A DNA stretch of 64,000 bases from Octopus bimaculoides (lineage: Eukaryota): the NCBI RefSeq assembly GCF_001194135.2, contig NC_068981.1:17615774-17679773 (forward strand), in the 5' to 3' direction. The notes below the pieces were generated by a model, which saw only the letters and a list, made by a program, of their open reading frames with translations, was not told the DNA's origin and ran no database searches. Positions 36,965 through 49,843 of this stretch are shown here, one piece after another. Made by a program: the position numbers and the translations under genes. Positions within the stretch are counted from its first letter, which is position 1. Every line of letters starts with the position of its first letter.

Positions 36965-38004
36965 CTGTCTGTCTGTGTATGTGTCTCTGTCTCTGTCTGT
37001 GTGCATGTGTCTGTGTTCTCTGGCTCTGTGTATTTGTCTATGTGTGTGCATATCTTTCACTAACATATCCACAACTCCGGATCAGTTAGAAAACCAAAAA
37101 CAAAAAAAAAAACTGGTGCTTTCAAATAAAAATGTCCTCCCTGATGTTTATTCTGCCAAGTTAGACATCAGAAACGCTGTGAACCAATGAGAGGGTCATT
37201 GGAAATCCTTAACCATCGATACTATTGCTCACTTAGTACAATATAAAATAAATCACATGATCACATGACTGGCCAGACTATCAGATTTTGTTACACATCA
37301 CTGGTCACTATGCACTTTACATCATTTTAGTCTTCAAATGATGCCACGCCACTGCCTGGGAGGCTAGCATTCCACCCTGATTGAAAAGGAGACTGGAGCA
37401 ATATAAAATGAAATGTTTTGCTCAAAAACACGAAGCACTGCCCAATTTGGGAATTGAACCCTTAATCTAGCAATCATAAGTGTAACAGCCTAACCACTAG
37501 GCCATATGCCTTCACTATAAGATAAATAGATTAATAAATTAATTAATGACTGGCTCCTGTGCCAGTGGCACTTAAAAAGCACCATTTGACCATGGTCAGT
37601 GCCAGTCAAAAACACCCACTGCACTCTCAGAGTGGTTGGCATTAGGAAGGGCATCCAGCTGTAGAAACCTTTCCAGAACAGATGCAGCCTCCTGGCTTAC
37701 CAGTTCTCAGTCAAACCGCCCCACCCATGCCAGCATGGAAAGCAAACATTAAAACGACGATGACAATGATGACGATGACAATGATGACGAAGACGATGAT
37801 GAATAAATAACTAAATGTTGTATGGGATACATGAGGTTGTTTTGGGTTCCTGAGCATGGCACATACCTCGGCTTGTTTTAGTGAAGCTGTCTGTCTGGAA
37901 ACAACTAACATTCGATCTTTCACACTTGACTAATCATTTGAGCAGCTTTAAAATTTTTGTGACATCCATTCATACGAAAAAACATTGAAGTTAGTAAAAA
38001 ACTT

Positions 38005-38192
38005 ATGGCGTATGTTTGTATATATTCCTGTGTGTGTATGAATTCATGCTTACACACGCACACATATATATATGCATGACTTTACATATGTATATGTGTG
38101 TATATATATATATGTATATATGTATATATGTGTGTGTATATATATATATATGTATATATGTATATATGTGTGTGTANNNNNNNNNNTATGTA

Positions 38193-38255
<63 letters not shown>

Positions 38256-38506
38256 GTGTATGTGCATATATGAGTGTGCATGTATGTATTTTTGTGTATA
38301 CATGTGTGTGCAAGTGTGTGTGAATGTATATATGTATGTATATATGCATTTAGACATACATTTGCACACATATATATGCATATCTTTACATACGTATGTG
38401 TGTATATGAGTGTGTATGTATTTTTGTGTATATATGTGTGCATGAGTGTATATATGTATGTATGCATTTAGACACACATTCGCACCCATATATATATGCA
38501 TGTCTT

Positions 38507-38557
<51 letters not shown>

Positions 38558-38777
38558 GGGTGTATTTATATGAGTGTGTATGTATGTATTTTTGCGGATA
38601 TGTGTATGTGAATGTATATATGTACATATGCATTTAGACACACATTTGCACACATATATATGCATGTCTTTACATATGTATGTATTTCTGTGTATGTGTG
38701 TGAGTGTGTGTGTGCACATGCTTGTAAATGTTTGTATATATATGTACACACACACACATGTGTATAATATATATATT

Positions 38778-38824
<47 letters not shown>
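38005..38824. repeat. Compound (TA)/(TG) low-complexity array with a recurring 120-165-bp higher-order unit
   Basis: tatgcatttagacac(a)catt(t/c)gcac recurs at about 38343, 38461 and 38628. Confidence 0.85.
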
Positions 38825-39026
38825 NNNNNNNNNNNNNNNNNNNNNNNNNNNNNNNNNNNNNNNNNNNNNNNNNNNNNNNNNNNNNNNNNNNNNNNNNNNN
38901 NNNNNNNNNNNNNNNNNNNNNNNNNNNNNNNNNNNNNNNNNNNNNNNNNNNNNNNNNNNNNNNNNNNNNNNNNNNNNNNNNNNNNNNNNNNNNNNNNNNN
39001 NNNNNNNNNNNNNNNNNNNNNNNNNN

Positions 39027-39079
<53 letters not shown>

Positions 39080-39082
39080 ATG

Positions 39083-39499
39083 TATAAGAAGGGATGACCA
39101 ACAAGTGAACATCCATTATGCTAGAAATAGATCACCTACAATCAAACCACAAAGAAAAGAATATTCTCTAGAGAAATTCAGCACACACCAGAACATAAAC
39201 GGGCAAGACAAATGAAAAGATACAAATGGGGACAACTCGTGTATAGTTCTGCAAATTATATTGAATTAGAACGGTCATACTGAAGAGCCACAGACGTGTT
39301 ACATAAGTAAATTTGCATTAATGGCGAAAAACCGGTCTGCTACTAATTCTTTATTTTGTATATTTTCATTTGTCTTGCCCGTTTATGTTTTGGTGTGTGC
39401 TGAATTTCTCTAGAGAACATTCTTTTCTTTATGGTTTGATCATATGTGATCTATTTCTAGCATTAACGGATGTCCACTTAGTGGTCATCCCTTCTTATA
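39083..39499 (+). mobile_element. Inverted-repeat Penelope-like terminal repeat remnant
   Basis: About 144-bp inverted arms (39083-39226 / 39355-39499) around a spacer holding a hammerhead-like core. Confidence 0.55.
39276..39341 (+). ncRNA. Degenerate hammerhead ribozyme-like motif
   Basis: CTGAAGA-gcca...tggc-GAAAAA-ccgg-TC; palindromic accggt stem III; two extra A and weak stem I. Confidence 0.4.
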
Positions 39500-40310
39500 T
39501 GTATCCTCAGTCAAACCATAAAAGCAGACGTTAAACGACGATGATGATATCCTAATGATATTTAACTATAAAAATACAATAGGATTTTTATTAAGCATCA
39601 AAATGTCTATGTGGGTCAGTCTGAATAAAAAAGGAATCAAAGATGCCCATAGATAAAAACGGTTGAGAATCACTGGTCTTTCTGTATATATATGTGTATT
39701 TGAACGATAAATCATTTTACTTCAAATTCCACCCAATACTTTGTAACTTATCTTTTATAAACCAGTAATGTTGCCCCTGTAACCTGACACTTGACAGCTC
39801 TGCACTGATTTACTGGAAATCACTTACTTTTATGATATTTCTTAGAATAAGCAGACAAATGTCTGAATTCATCAATGAACGGGGCCAATTTTAATTATAA
39901 TATTAAAAAGATATGATTGACCTGTCCATTTACTCTTTTTTTTTTGAGATTTTAAAATTGCCCTCTCCTACATGAATCTGAGAACTCATTCTACAGAGCT
40001 AGATTTTTCCTATTTGGGTGAAACAACTTATTTGATTTTGTATTATATTTCTTCATTCAGTTACGATTAAATTACAGTGGAAGTTATTATGTAGTATACA
40101 TAACATAATGAATATAACTATGCCTACATTCATGATGTGTGATTCACCTGCATATATTGTAGACGCAATTGTGAACCACGGAATGACTGTAATACCAGCT
40201 ACCCCATTCTTCACTGGAGCTATAATTCAAAATAAATCAATAAATTTTCTGTATGATTTAATAACTGACCAGAAAGATCCATCTTTCTTAGTTGTGTAGT
40301 ATAATGAAAT

Positions 40311-40685
40311 GTGAGGCGCAATGGTCCAGTGGTTAGGGCAGCGGACTCGCGGTCATAGGATTGCGGTTTCGATTCCCAGACTGAGCGTTGTGAGTGTTTA
40401 TTGAGCGAAAACACCTGAAGCTCCACGAGGCTCCGGCAGGGGATGGTGGCAAATCCTGCTGTATTCTTTCACCACAACTTTCTCTCACTCTTACTTCCTG
40501 TTTCTGTTGTGCCTGTACTTCAAAGGGTCAGCCTTGTCATTCCATGCTACGCTGAATATCCCTGAGAACTACACGTGTCTGTGGAGTGCTCAGCCACGTG
40601 CACGTTAATTTCATGAGCAGGCTGTTCCGTTGATCGGATCAACTGGAACCCTCGACGTTGTAAGCGACGGAGTGCCAACAACAAC
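40311..40685 (+). mobile_element. SINE family C just upstream of the UBA exon
   Basis: Perfect 13-bp TSD agtataatgaaat. Confidence 0.92.
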
Positions 40686-40759
40686 AGTATAATGAAATAT
40701 TTCTAAAACCATTTTAAGTTGATCCAAAACTTGAAACTGTTCTTCTGAATTTATTTCAG

Positions 40760-40898
40760 TTCGCCGGTATGCAGAGGCACTGGATAACTTGCTGAGTATG
40801 GGCTTCACCAATGAAGGTGGCTGGCTCTCATTACTGGTTGAGGAGAAACGAGGAGACATCATCCGTGTCCTGGATTTCATTGAAAACAACATCCAAAA
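40760..40898 (+). CDS. SQSTM1: SQSTM1/p62 UBA domain exon (3' end lost in N-gap)
   Basis: Acceptor ttatttcag, phase 1; (I)RRYAEALDNLLSMGFTNEGGWLSLLVEEKRGDIIRVLDFIENNIQ, with the p62-specific LSMGFxxEGGWL signature. Confidence 0.93.
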
Positions 40899-41391
40899 NN
40901 NNNNNNNNNNNNNNNNNNNNNNNNNNNNNNNNNNNNNNNNNNNNNNNNNNNNNNNNNNNNNNNNNNNNNNNNNNNNNNNNNNNNNNNNNNNNNNNNNNNN
41001 NNNNNNNNNNNNNNNNNNNNNNNNNNNNNNNNNNNNNNNNNNNNNNNNNNNNNNNNNNNNNNNNNNNNNNNNNNNNNNNNNNNNNNNNNNNNNNNNNNNN
41101 NNNNNNNNNNNNNNNNNNNNNNNNNNNNNNNNNNNNNNNNNNNNNNNNNNNNNNNNNNNNNNNNNNNNNNNNNNNNNNNNNNNNNNNNNNNNNNNNNNNN
41201 NNNNNNNNNNNNNNNNNNNNNNNNNNNNNNNNNNNNNNNNNNNNNNNNNNNNNNNNNNNNNNNNNNNNNNNNNNNNNNNNNNNNNNNNNNNNNNNNNNNN
41301 NNNNNNNNNNNNNNNNNNNNNNNNNNNNNNNNNNNNNNNNNNNNNNNNNNNNNNNNNNNNNNNNNNNNNNNNNNNNNNNNNNNNNNNNNNN

Positions 41392-41676
41392 ACTTTCGCC
41401 CCTCCCAAACTTGCCCCTCCCCTGAACTTGTTCCTCCCCTGAACTTGCTCCTCCCTCAAACTTGCACCTCTCCTGAACTTTCTCCTCCTCTAAACTTGCT
41501 CCTTCCCTGAACTTGCTCCTCCCTCAAACTTGCACCTCTCCTGAACTTTCTCCTCCTCTGAACTTGCTTCTCCTTCAAACTTGCTCCTTCCCTGAACTTG
41601 CTCCTCCCTCAAACTTGCACCTTTCCCGAACTTTCTCCTCCCTCAAACTTGCACCTTTCCCGAACTTTCTCCTCCC
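41392..41676. repeat. 17-bp minisatellite (about 16-17 units, AACTTGCTCCTCCCCTG-like) with higher-order variants
   Basis: Splitting at aactt gives consecutive 17-nt units; the variant series recurs; the left end runs into the N-gap. Confidence 0.95.
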
Positions 41677-42155
41677 AATTTGTGCCCAAATTAGAAACCA
41701 TCATTGTTACTATTAGGGTGGTGGGCTGGCAGAATCATTACCACACTGGACAAAATGTTTAGCAGCATTTCTTCTGGCTTCACATCCTGAGTTCAAATCC
41801 CTTCAAGGTTGACTTTGCCTTTCATCCTTTCAGGGTCAATTAAATAAGTAACAATTGAGCACTGGGGTCAATGCAATCAACTAGCCCTCTCCCACAAAAC
41901 TTCAGCCCTTTTGCCTATAGCAGAAATGCTTATTGTTGTTGTTGTTGTTTGATATTTTTTATTTTATATAAGCTGTTCAAAATTTATTCCCAGAGACCAC
42001 AAACTAGACTTCTTACTGTGTATGCTACTTATGCGTAACATTAGCATATTTCAGACAAAATAGACCAAATTTGAAGAAGTACCATTTGATATCCTCCCCA
42101 AAGCTTCAACGATCACAGGTACAATAGCTGTTTTTAGATGCTTTGTATTTATTTA

Positions 42156-42753
42156 ACTTACTCTTTTACTCTTTTACTTGTTTCAGTCATTTGACTGTGG
42201 CCATGCTGGAGCACCGCCTTTTAGTCGAGCAAATCGACTCCAGGACTTATTCTTTGGAAGCTTAGTACTTATTCTATCGATCTCTTTTGCTGAACCGCTA
42301 AGTTACGGGGACGTAAACACACCAGCATAATTTGTCAAGCGATGTTGCAGGGACAAGCACAGACACAAACATATACACACACATATATATATATCTATAT
42401 ATATATATATATATATATTATTGTATAGGCATTATTGTATAGTAATGCCCTTATATAAATAAAAATATATATTTCGGGAATAAATGATGGATTTTTTCCC
42501 TTATGAGGATTTTTTCACGCTAGCTACTTCAAAAATTCTTGTAAAAGAATTTGTCCTATTATTGAATTTATATATATATGTATACATATATGCGACGGGC
42601 TTCTTTCAGTTTCCGTCTACCAAATCCACTCACAAGGCTTTGGTTCGGCCCGAGGCTATAGTAGAAGACACTTGCCCAAGGTGCCACGCAGGGGGAATGA
42701 ACCTGGAATGATGTGGTTCGTAAGCAAGCTACTTACCACACAGTCACTCCTGC
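42156..42753 (-). mobile_element. SINE family A, split at its microsatellite by about 170 bp of extra sequence
   Basis: Tail at 42156-42375, head at 42590-42753. Confidence 0.85.
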
Positions 42754-42779
42754 GTGTGTTTTTAAGAAAATGTTGCAGT

Positions 42780-43090
42780 CTGCTGGAATTGACAATTCTA
42801 TGGATAAACAATGCTTTATCAACATGATTTTTACTGTATAATCTGTTCAATTGACTTGAACAGCATGACCAGTTTGAATTACTAAAGTCCCAAAGAATGG
42901 TGATATCTTTGTTTTCTACTAGTTTGGCAGGCTTATGTTCCCACCAGTTTTTCTCATATGGGATTACAGACTTACAGCATATGATCTGGTATAGATACTG
43001 GCCAAATCTATCAGGGCAATTAATATATGCACATGTGGCTAACATGGATCAGCCACAGATCAGGTGGTTGACTACTTCTCTGCTTTTACC
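42780..43090 (-). mobile_element. R4/Dong-like LINE fragment
   Basis: GQYLYQIIC...WWEHKPAKLVENKDITILWDF. Confidence 0.7.
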
Positions 43091-43259
43091 AAAAAAACAA
43101 CAGGAAGGATCAGCACCATTATTAAGGAAGTGAGCTGGCAGAATTGTTTGCACATCAGACACAATACTCAGTAGCATGTCTTCTAGTTCTTTACATTCTG
43201 AGTTCAAATCCCACCAAGGTTAACTTTGACTTTCATCCTTATGGGTTTGATAAAATTAA

Positions 43260-43390
43260 CCCTTTGTGCCCTCCTGAACCTTATTTGACCATATACCTGG
43301 CTTCCAGATGCACTCCACCGGTAGGGCAGTGCTGTGGTATAGAGAAAAATAAGCCATCCCCTGGTAAACCAGTGTTATGGGCTCAAAGGG
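43260..43390. mobile_element. piggyBac-type MITE (131 bp)
   Basis: TTAA|ccctttgtgccc ... gggctcaaaggg|TTAA; sits in the aaaTTAAgtacc site of a family-B SINE. Confidence 0.8.
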
Positions 43391-45451
43391 TTAAATATCA
43401 GTAAAAAGATTATTGGCCTTGAGCCAAAATTTGAAACCATTATTATCATTATTAAGGAGGAAGCTGGCTGAATCATTAGCGCATCAGACAAAAATGCTTA
43501 GGAACATTTCATCCAGCTCTTTAAATTCTGTATTCAATAACTGCTGAAGTCAACCTTGCATTTCATCCCTTCAGAGTCCATAGAACAAAGTACCAGTCAA
43601 GTACTGGGGGTTGCTGTAATCAACTAATCTCCTCCCTCCCCTCAATATTACTGGTATTGTGCCAAAATTCGAATCAATGATCTGACACTATTATTATTAT
43701 TATCATTATTATTATTATTATTATTAAATCAAAATTAAAAGAAGAGTGCCATTGTCATCTAGTGAATATTTCAACATCTTGTGTGTCTTCAACAGGTTCA
43801 AAAAATAATTTTATCAATTTACTTCATTTTGGTTAATATATAAAGGACTGAGGTAACTCCTCCAGAAGATATAGAGCCAAAATTTTTTTTTTTTTTTTTT
43901 TAAGGTGGCGAGCTGGCAGAATCGTTAGCACACCAAGTGAAATGCTTAGTGGTATTTCTTCTGTCACTACGTTCTGAGTTCAAATTCTGCCAAGGACAAC
44001 TTTGCCTTTCATTCTTTCGGGGTTGATAAAATAAGTACCAGTTGAACACTGGGGTTGATGTAATTGACTAAAATGGCTCCCTCTCCTAAAATGGCTGCCC
44101 TTGTGGCAAAATTTTAAACCATTATTATTATTATTATCATTATTATTATTAGTAGTAGTAGTATTATTATAGCCTAGCACAGCCTCCCCCAGGCAAACCG
44201 TCCAATCCATGCCAGCATAGAAAACAGACGTTAAACAATGATGATGATGATAATGATTATCATCATTAAGGTGGTGAGTCAGCAGAATCATTAACATGCC
44301 AGGCAAAATGCTTAGCAGTATTTCATCTGTCTTTACATTCTTCTGAGTTCAAATTTAATTATAAACTTCAGTAAAATCTGAGCCCAGTCACTAAATTAGA
44401 AGCTGCAAAGTATTTATCCCCTCGTTAGGCGCTCCCATTCTCATTTGATAATGATAAATGCTATTAATGATCAGTACTTTCAAGAAACACTGAAATATAT
44501 TCTGGACACTCTCTTTATAACCAAAACCAATGGAATTACCATTCTATTAGTTCTTATTCTTTCAAAAGTTTCAAATTTCAGTAAACCCAAACTAACATGT
44601 TCATACTTAAATTGGTCTAGTAAACAAAATATTATTACAACATAAACATCATGAGATATCAGTTAGTCAACATCACCGTAGTATACCAATATATAAGCCA
44701 CAAATATTATTTATTAAATACCTCAAAATTTTGATTATATTGAAATTTAATTTAAACACATGTGCAATTTAATCATTTTCTTACAGTCAGAAGCATGGAA
44801 TAAACTACCTGCATCAGTTTTTAGCTATAGAGACACTACATCCTTCAAAACTTCCATGCTTCCTGAAATTCGCTAACAGGATACCTGATGCCCCCCACCC
44901 CCGTTTCTTCCCCTTCTTTTTTTTTTTTTAAAGACTTTTCCACTGTTCACTTTCTATGCATATTCTATGTGCTGTTCATGTGATTTTAGTTGTTTTTTCT
45001 GATGAGATTTAGTGTACCTGAGCACTGTATACAATAAGGTCATTACTATTATTATTATAATTATGGTCTCTCTCAACCTATAATTTATGGACTTTATAAC
45101 TAAATGTCTAACCTACCGAACTTATTATTCGCTATTTTATATCCACATTTCCACACCACATAAACAGAATGGATTATTTATTGCAACTATTATTTTTATA
45201 GTTGGTAGCCATTGTTATAGCTAACCTACTTCAACTGTGAATAAGGACAAAAACCTGTTTTTCAGTAATTACAGCAGTGTTCATGCAGGGTAAGAGTATG
45301 ACAAGGTGGATTTTCAGGTTGTCCATACTCCTAAAAGTGCTGTGTTTGACGTCATATAAGATACACTTTTTTTTCCAAAAAATATTCTTTAAAAAAATCA
45401 CCCTGGATCCTAGATACAAAGTTGGGCCTCCCATTAACTAATTTTGTTTCT

Positions 45452-45679
45452 TATTTTTTTATTGCCCACAAGGGGCTAAACATAGAGGGGACAAACAAGG
45501 ACAGACAAAGGGGCTAAGTCGATTACATCGACCCCAGTGCGTAAATGGTACTTAATTTATTGACCCCGAAAGGATGAAAGGTAAAGTCGACTTTGGCGGA
45601 ATTTGAACTCAGAACGTAACGGCAGACGAAATACTGCTAAGCATTTCGCCCGGCATGCTAATGATTCTGCCAGCTCGCC
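45452..45679 (-). mobile_element. SINE family B
   Basis: Perfect 19-bp TSD attaactaattttgtttct (45433-45451 / 45680-45698). Confidence 0.92.
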
Positions 45680-45992
45680 ATTAACTAATTTTGTTTCTGA
45701 TGCTCTCTTACATGAAAATTCACTGCTGAAATTAAGGTGTGCCAAATATACCTGTATGTCTTTTATATCATCAAATATAAATTGATTAAAGAAAGTGGAG
45801 AATGTGGTGGGTTGCAAAAGATCAAAGAGAAATCTACGAATTCTATTTTCAATTAATGCAATTCCTTTCACAGAACATAAGAAACATTGAAGAAGTTACC
45901 AAGTGTTAAAACGTTTTATCAGCTTCTCTCATCAAATCTTTACCTAAACTAAATCAATGGACCCAGAGGCCATAGTCTTTGCAGTGGATCTC

Positions 45993-46025
<33 letters not shown>

Positions 46026-46035
46026 NNNNNNNNNN

Positions 46036-46078
<43 letters not shown>

Positions 46079-49000
46079 CCGCAGACTAAGGTTTCTATTC
46101 ATATTGATTACCAACAACTTAATTTTTACCTCCATATCAGATCAGACAATCTGAAGAGATAAGACAAATTGTTAAAAACTGAAAGAATGTCAACAACTGA
46201 TGACAAATGATATCAATCACTATTAATATGATTAATGATCATTATTGTCATCATTTAACGTCTGTTTCCACTGCTGGCATGGGTTGGGCAATTCGACAGA
46301 AGCTGGAGAGCCTGAGGACTGTATCAAGTAATTTCTGCTACAGCTATTCTTCATTTTTGGAACATTTTTGATTTGACTGAAGACACGATTATCACCAATA
46401 TCTCACCAATCAACAGCCATCCCAATATATATTGTGAACTATTAAAATGTAACATGTGCTAATTTTAAGAATTAAAATGGTCTACATATTAATCTATAGA
46501 ACTTCTGAACCGTTTTTATTCTTGAATTATTTCAAAGATAACTTCATTTAATTTCTATTAACAAAATTTGACAATTCTTTTTTTAAGTCAATAAATATAT
46601 AATTAAATTACAGCTGTACTTCAACAACACTTTAAAAAATCTTACACTTTACACTATCCTCGCACAGTCACATTACATCGTCTGTGTTAATAAAACTGCT
46701 ATGAACAGACAGTAACAGCGACCGCTTTCTTTCACTTTTAAAAGTTACTAACAGGATTTTCTTTTGTAGTGAAACAAAGAGTTACTTTAAAATATAGTGT
46801 TGAATTGTGTGATTAGTCACTTTTCAAGGGGAAGTAAATCTTGTGAACCTACTTGGACTGTTAAGTTGAAGATTATAGATTATGGAAATGACTGGAATAT
46901 AAAAGTATCTTTCTATGTAAGTGTATATAAATGTAATAGATTAGTAGTTTTTAATGAAATTTATATTCTATTTCGTTGAAATTAATTAAATTATCTATAT
47001 CAAAATTTCGTGCGAAATTCTTTAAAGACGAAATTATTTAAGGAAGGGACATAACTCCTCCTTTTCTGACTACTACAATTTGCATTTAAAAAGAAGTTAT
47101 TCACGAAAAACGAGAGATTAAACTACATGACAGTTTTTATGTCACATAAGATTAATGGTTTCCAATATCGACAATAGTTCGTGTGGAGAAGAGAAAAGCT
47201 GGGAAAGCTGTGACGTTCACTAACTCTTTTACATAATTAAGGCATTAAGTGAAGCTAATCCAATAGAATGAATTCCACTCACTATAAAATTGGTTCTCAT
47301 AATATTAACAACCTTAATTATTCTTGTAACAGACGCGCAGCTTTCATTTAACATGCTTCTGCAACAAATATTAGCAACTTCATTGAAGCTGCGATAGTCA
47401 CAGTTGGATAACATAACCACACACTATATTCCATCATCAAGACTGTACAGTTTTCCTATTCAGTACACAAATTTCAAAATATACCATGCAAAACAGTAGT
47501 CTACCTAACCATAAATAGGTACCATGGAAGGTATAATTTACTATATTATCTTGTCTACTTAGCTGTCAATTAACACTATGTGAATGCTTTGTTTAACACT
47601 ATTTCCAGTCTGCCAATGAATTTTTTTAAATCCCATCTTTGAGCAAAACATTAAAAGTGCATTTGTTGGTGAGATTCCAGTTCGGGAGATGAAAAGTGCT
47701 GAAGAGTATGGAGTTAAACTTTTAGTCCCCATTAATCCCAGATCTACTCAAGCTTAGGATGGTAGTATCTGTCAAAGGCCCCATTTATGAATCAAATATC
47801 AGAAGATTGTCTTGAGACTAAAGCATACAGGACACAAAGGAGTGCTGGCCCCTAGACATGTGATACACAGCTCCACTGGTATGTGGACAAAGACCCTGAT
47901 ATCACATGAATGAGTCCTCCTGCTAAAAGGTGAAATAGACTCTGTTCTGCAAGGTTAACTAGGGAGAACAGAATACTAACGAGTAAAGACTAAGGAAACC
48001 CATTGTTGAATCATTCTGGTGAAAAATCACAAATCTTCAGATTTTGGTACAGAGATCCAAGATTTGTGATACCTGTAGGTATGGCACCGTGAAGAGAGAG
48101 GGAGGAAAATCTCCATACACATCATCATCATCTTTTCATATCCTCTTTTCCTGTTGGTATGGGTTGAACAGTTTGACAGGAGTTGGAAAGTCAAAAGACT
48201 GTATCAGGCTTTACTGAATGCTTTGGTATAGTTTCTATGACTGGATGCCCTTTCTAATGTCAACCACTATACAGAATGTACAGGGTGCTTTTTTACATGG
48301 TGCCAGCAACACTGAGGTCACAAGTAACTAGCAAAACATGGAAAAGTAGTTTTGAAGGAGGTGGATTTGTGCCAGCCAGATGACAAGTCAGTTTGAATAG
48401 AGGGTCAGACATAGGTAAGTTGCAGTAAAGGATGGCTGCTTCAGCTGGAGAGAGAGATGGTGAAGATGTGACAAGACATACACCCAATTCAGGATTGGAT
48501 AGGGTAAGTGGATGGGTAAGGTCACAAGATTGCAAAAGGTGAGTGGGGAGTGAAGGAGAAGGAATGTAGTGAGTGAACACAAATAGAGGGAGGGAGTGTT
48601 AGGAGAGCATGATGTGGGGAAAGCGATTCAATAGGGACACATTGTGTGCAGCTGAGTTTACAAGAGTGTGAAGAGAGAGTAGGAGGTAGTGGGGAGAGGA
48701 AAATAGTGAGTGGAAATGCGAGGATGGAGAATGTGTTAGAAAGATACATTGTTGGGGTGAGGTCTGTCAGGGACAGATTGTGTGCAGCGGTATGAGCTCA
48801 AATGACATGCCTTTAAGGTCTCCATTTTACCTGTCTTTATGGCTATCCTTCCATCAAATTCAAATTTCTTGGCTTGAGGTTGTTTTATTAGTTCATGTTG
48901 TTATTTAGCCACGGGTCAACTGTAATCATGTAGACCTATGATCAATTGCATTCCTTTGTGCCCATCATTGTCTTTTCAGAGGTATGTCTAAGACTATATT

Positions 49001-49441
49001 ATCCAAAAGGGCAGCAAGCTGGCAGAATCGTTAGCACGCTGGGCAAAATGTTTAGCAGTATTTCTTCTGCCATTACATTCTGAGTTCAAATTCCACCAAG
49101 GTCGACTTTGCCTTTCATCCTTTCAGGGTCAATTAAATAAGTACCAGTTATGCACTGGGGTCGATGCAATCGACTTAATCCCTTTGTGTTTAGCCCCTGT
49201 GGGGAATAAAGAAATGTATATTATCCAATATGTCCTTACCTTATTTAAGATGCTGGATGAATTTTCAAGATTTTGCTGCTCTTTCTGGGTACTTGAGGAC
49301 CCAGAAAGAGCCTTCCTTGTTGTGATTAATATGGGTGGTAGTTGTCCTTGTTATTACTTTGTTAATCATAGCCAAGAAGAATGCCAGTTTAACACAAATG
49401 GAATGACTTTTCGTCAGAAAGATGAAGCATGATTTACTTAC

Positions 49442-49522
49442 CTTACCAACAATATGATCAGTGAATAGCACCATAACTCACAGCAATTGTAAGTGGTAAA
49501 CCATAATACAAGAAATATGGTA
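49442..49522 (-). other. Candidate 81-nt minus-strand coding exon, unidentified
   Basis: Acceptor ttttcttttcccgtcacatcttag, donor AAG|gtaagt; open in phase 2-2 (TIFLVLWFTTYNCCELWCYSLIILLV). Confidence 0.25.
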
Positions 49523-49843
49523 CTAAGATGTGACGGGAAAAGAAAATATAATAAATTAAAATGTACTGTGTGTGTGTGTGTGTGTGTGTGATTTGGCAGA
49601 GATGTTATAGTATTGGCCAAAATGCCTTGTGGTATTTATTCACGCTCTTTGTGCTCTGCTGAGTTCAATTTCTACTAAGGTCAACTTACCTGTTCATCCT
49701 TCAGAGCTTAATAAAATACCAGCCTTCTAGCCTAAGACAGTAGAGAATTGGGAACATTAAAGTATTGAATATTGTTCATTCCATCTCACTGCATTCTAAG
49801 TTGAAATCCCACTGTGGTCTATGTGGATTGTAGATGTAAGCTA

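Noticed and set aside
38016-39215. Long overlapping ORFs rich in Y/I/C/V/H/T (also 6841-7161, 7500-8001, 23128-24333, 36414-36811, 52497-53144)
   Set aside because: Translations of dinucleotide or tetranucleotide microsatellites and N-runs.
45700-45890. Cyclin-box-like motif (E.RI...FDL..PT) in a minus-strand ORF
   Set aside because: The spacing is one residue off the cyclin consensus, no other cyclin helices are found, and the listed ORF runs into a SINE.
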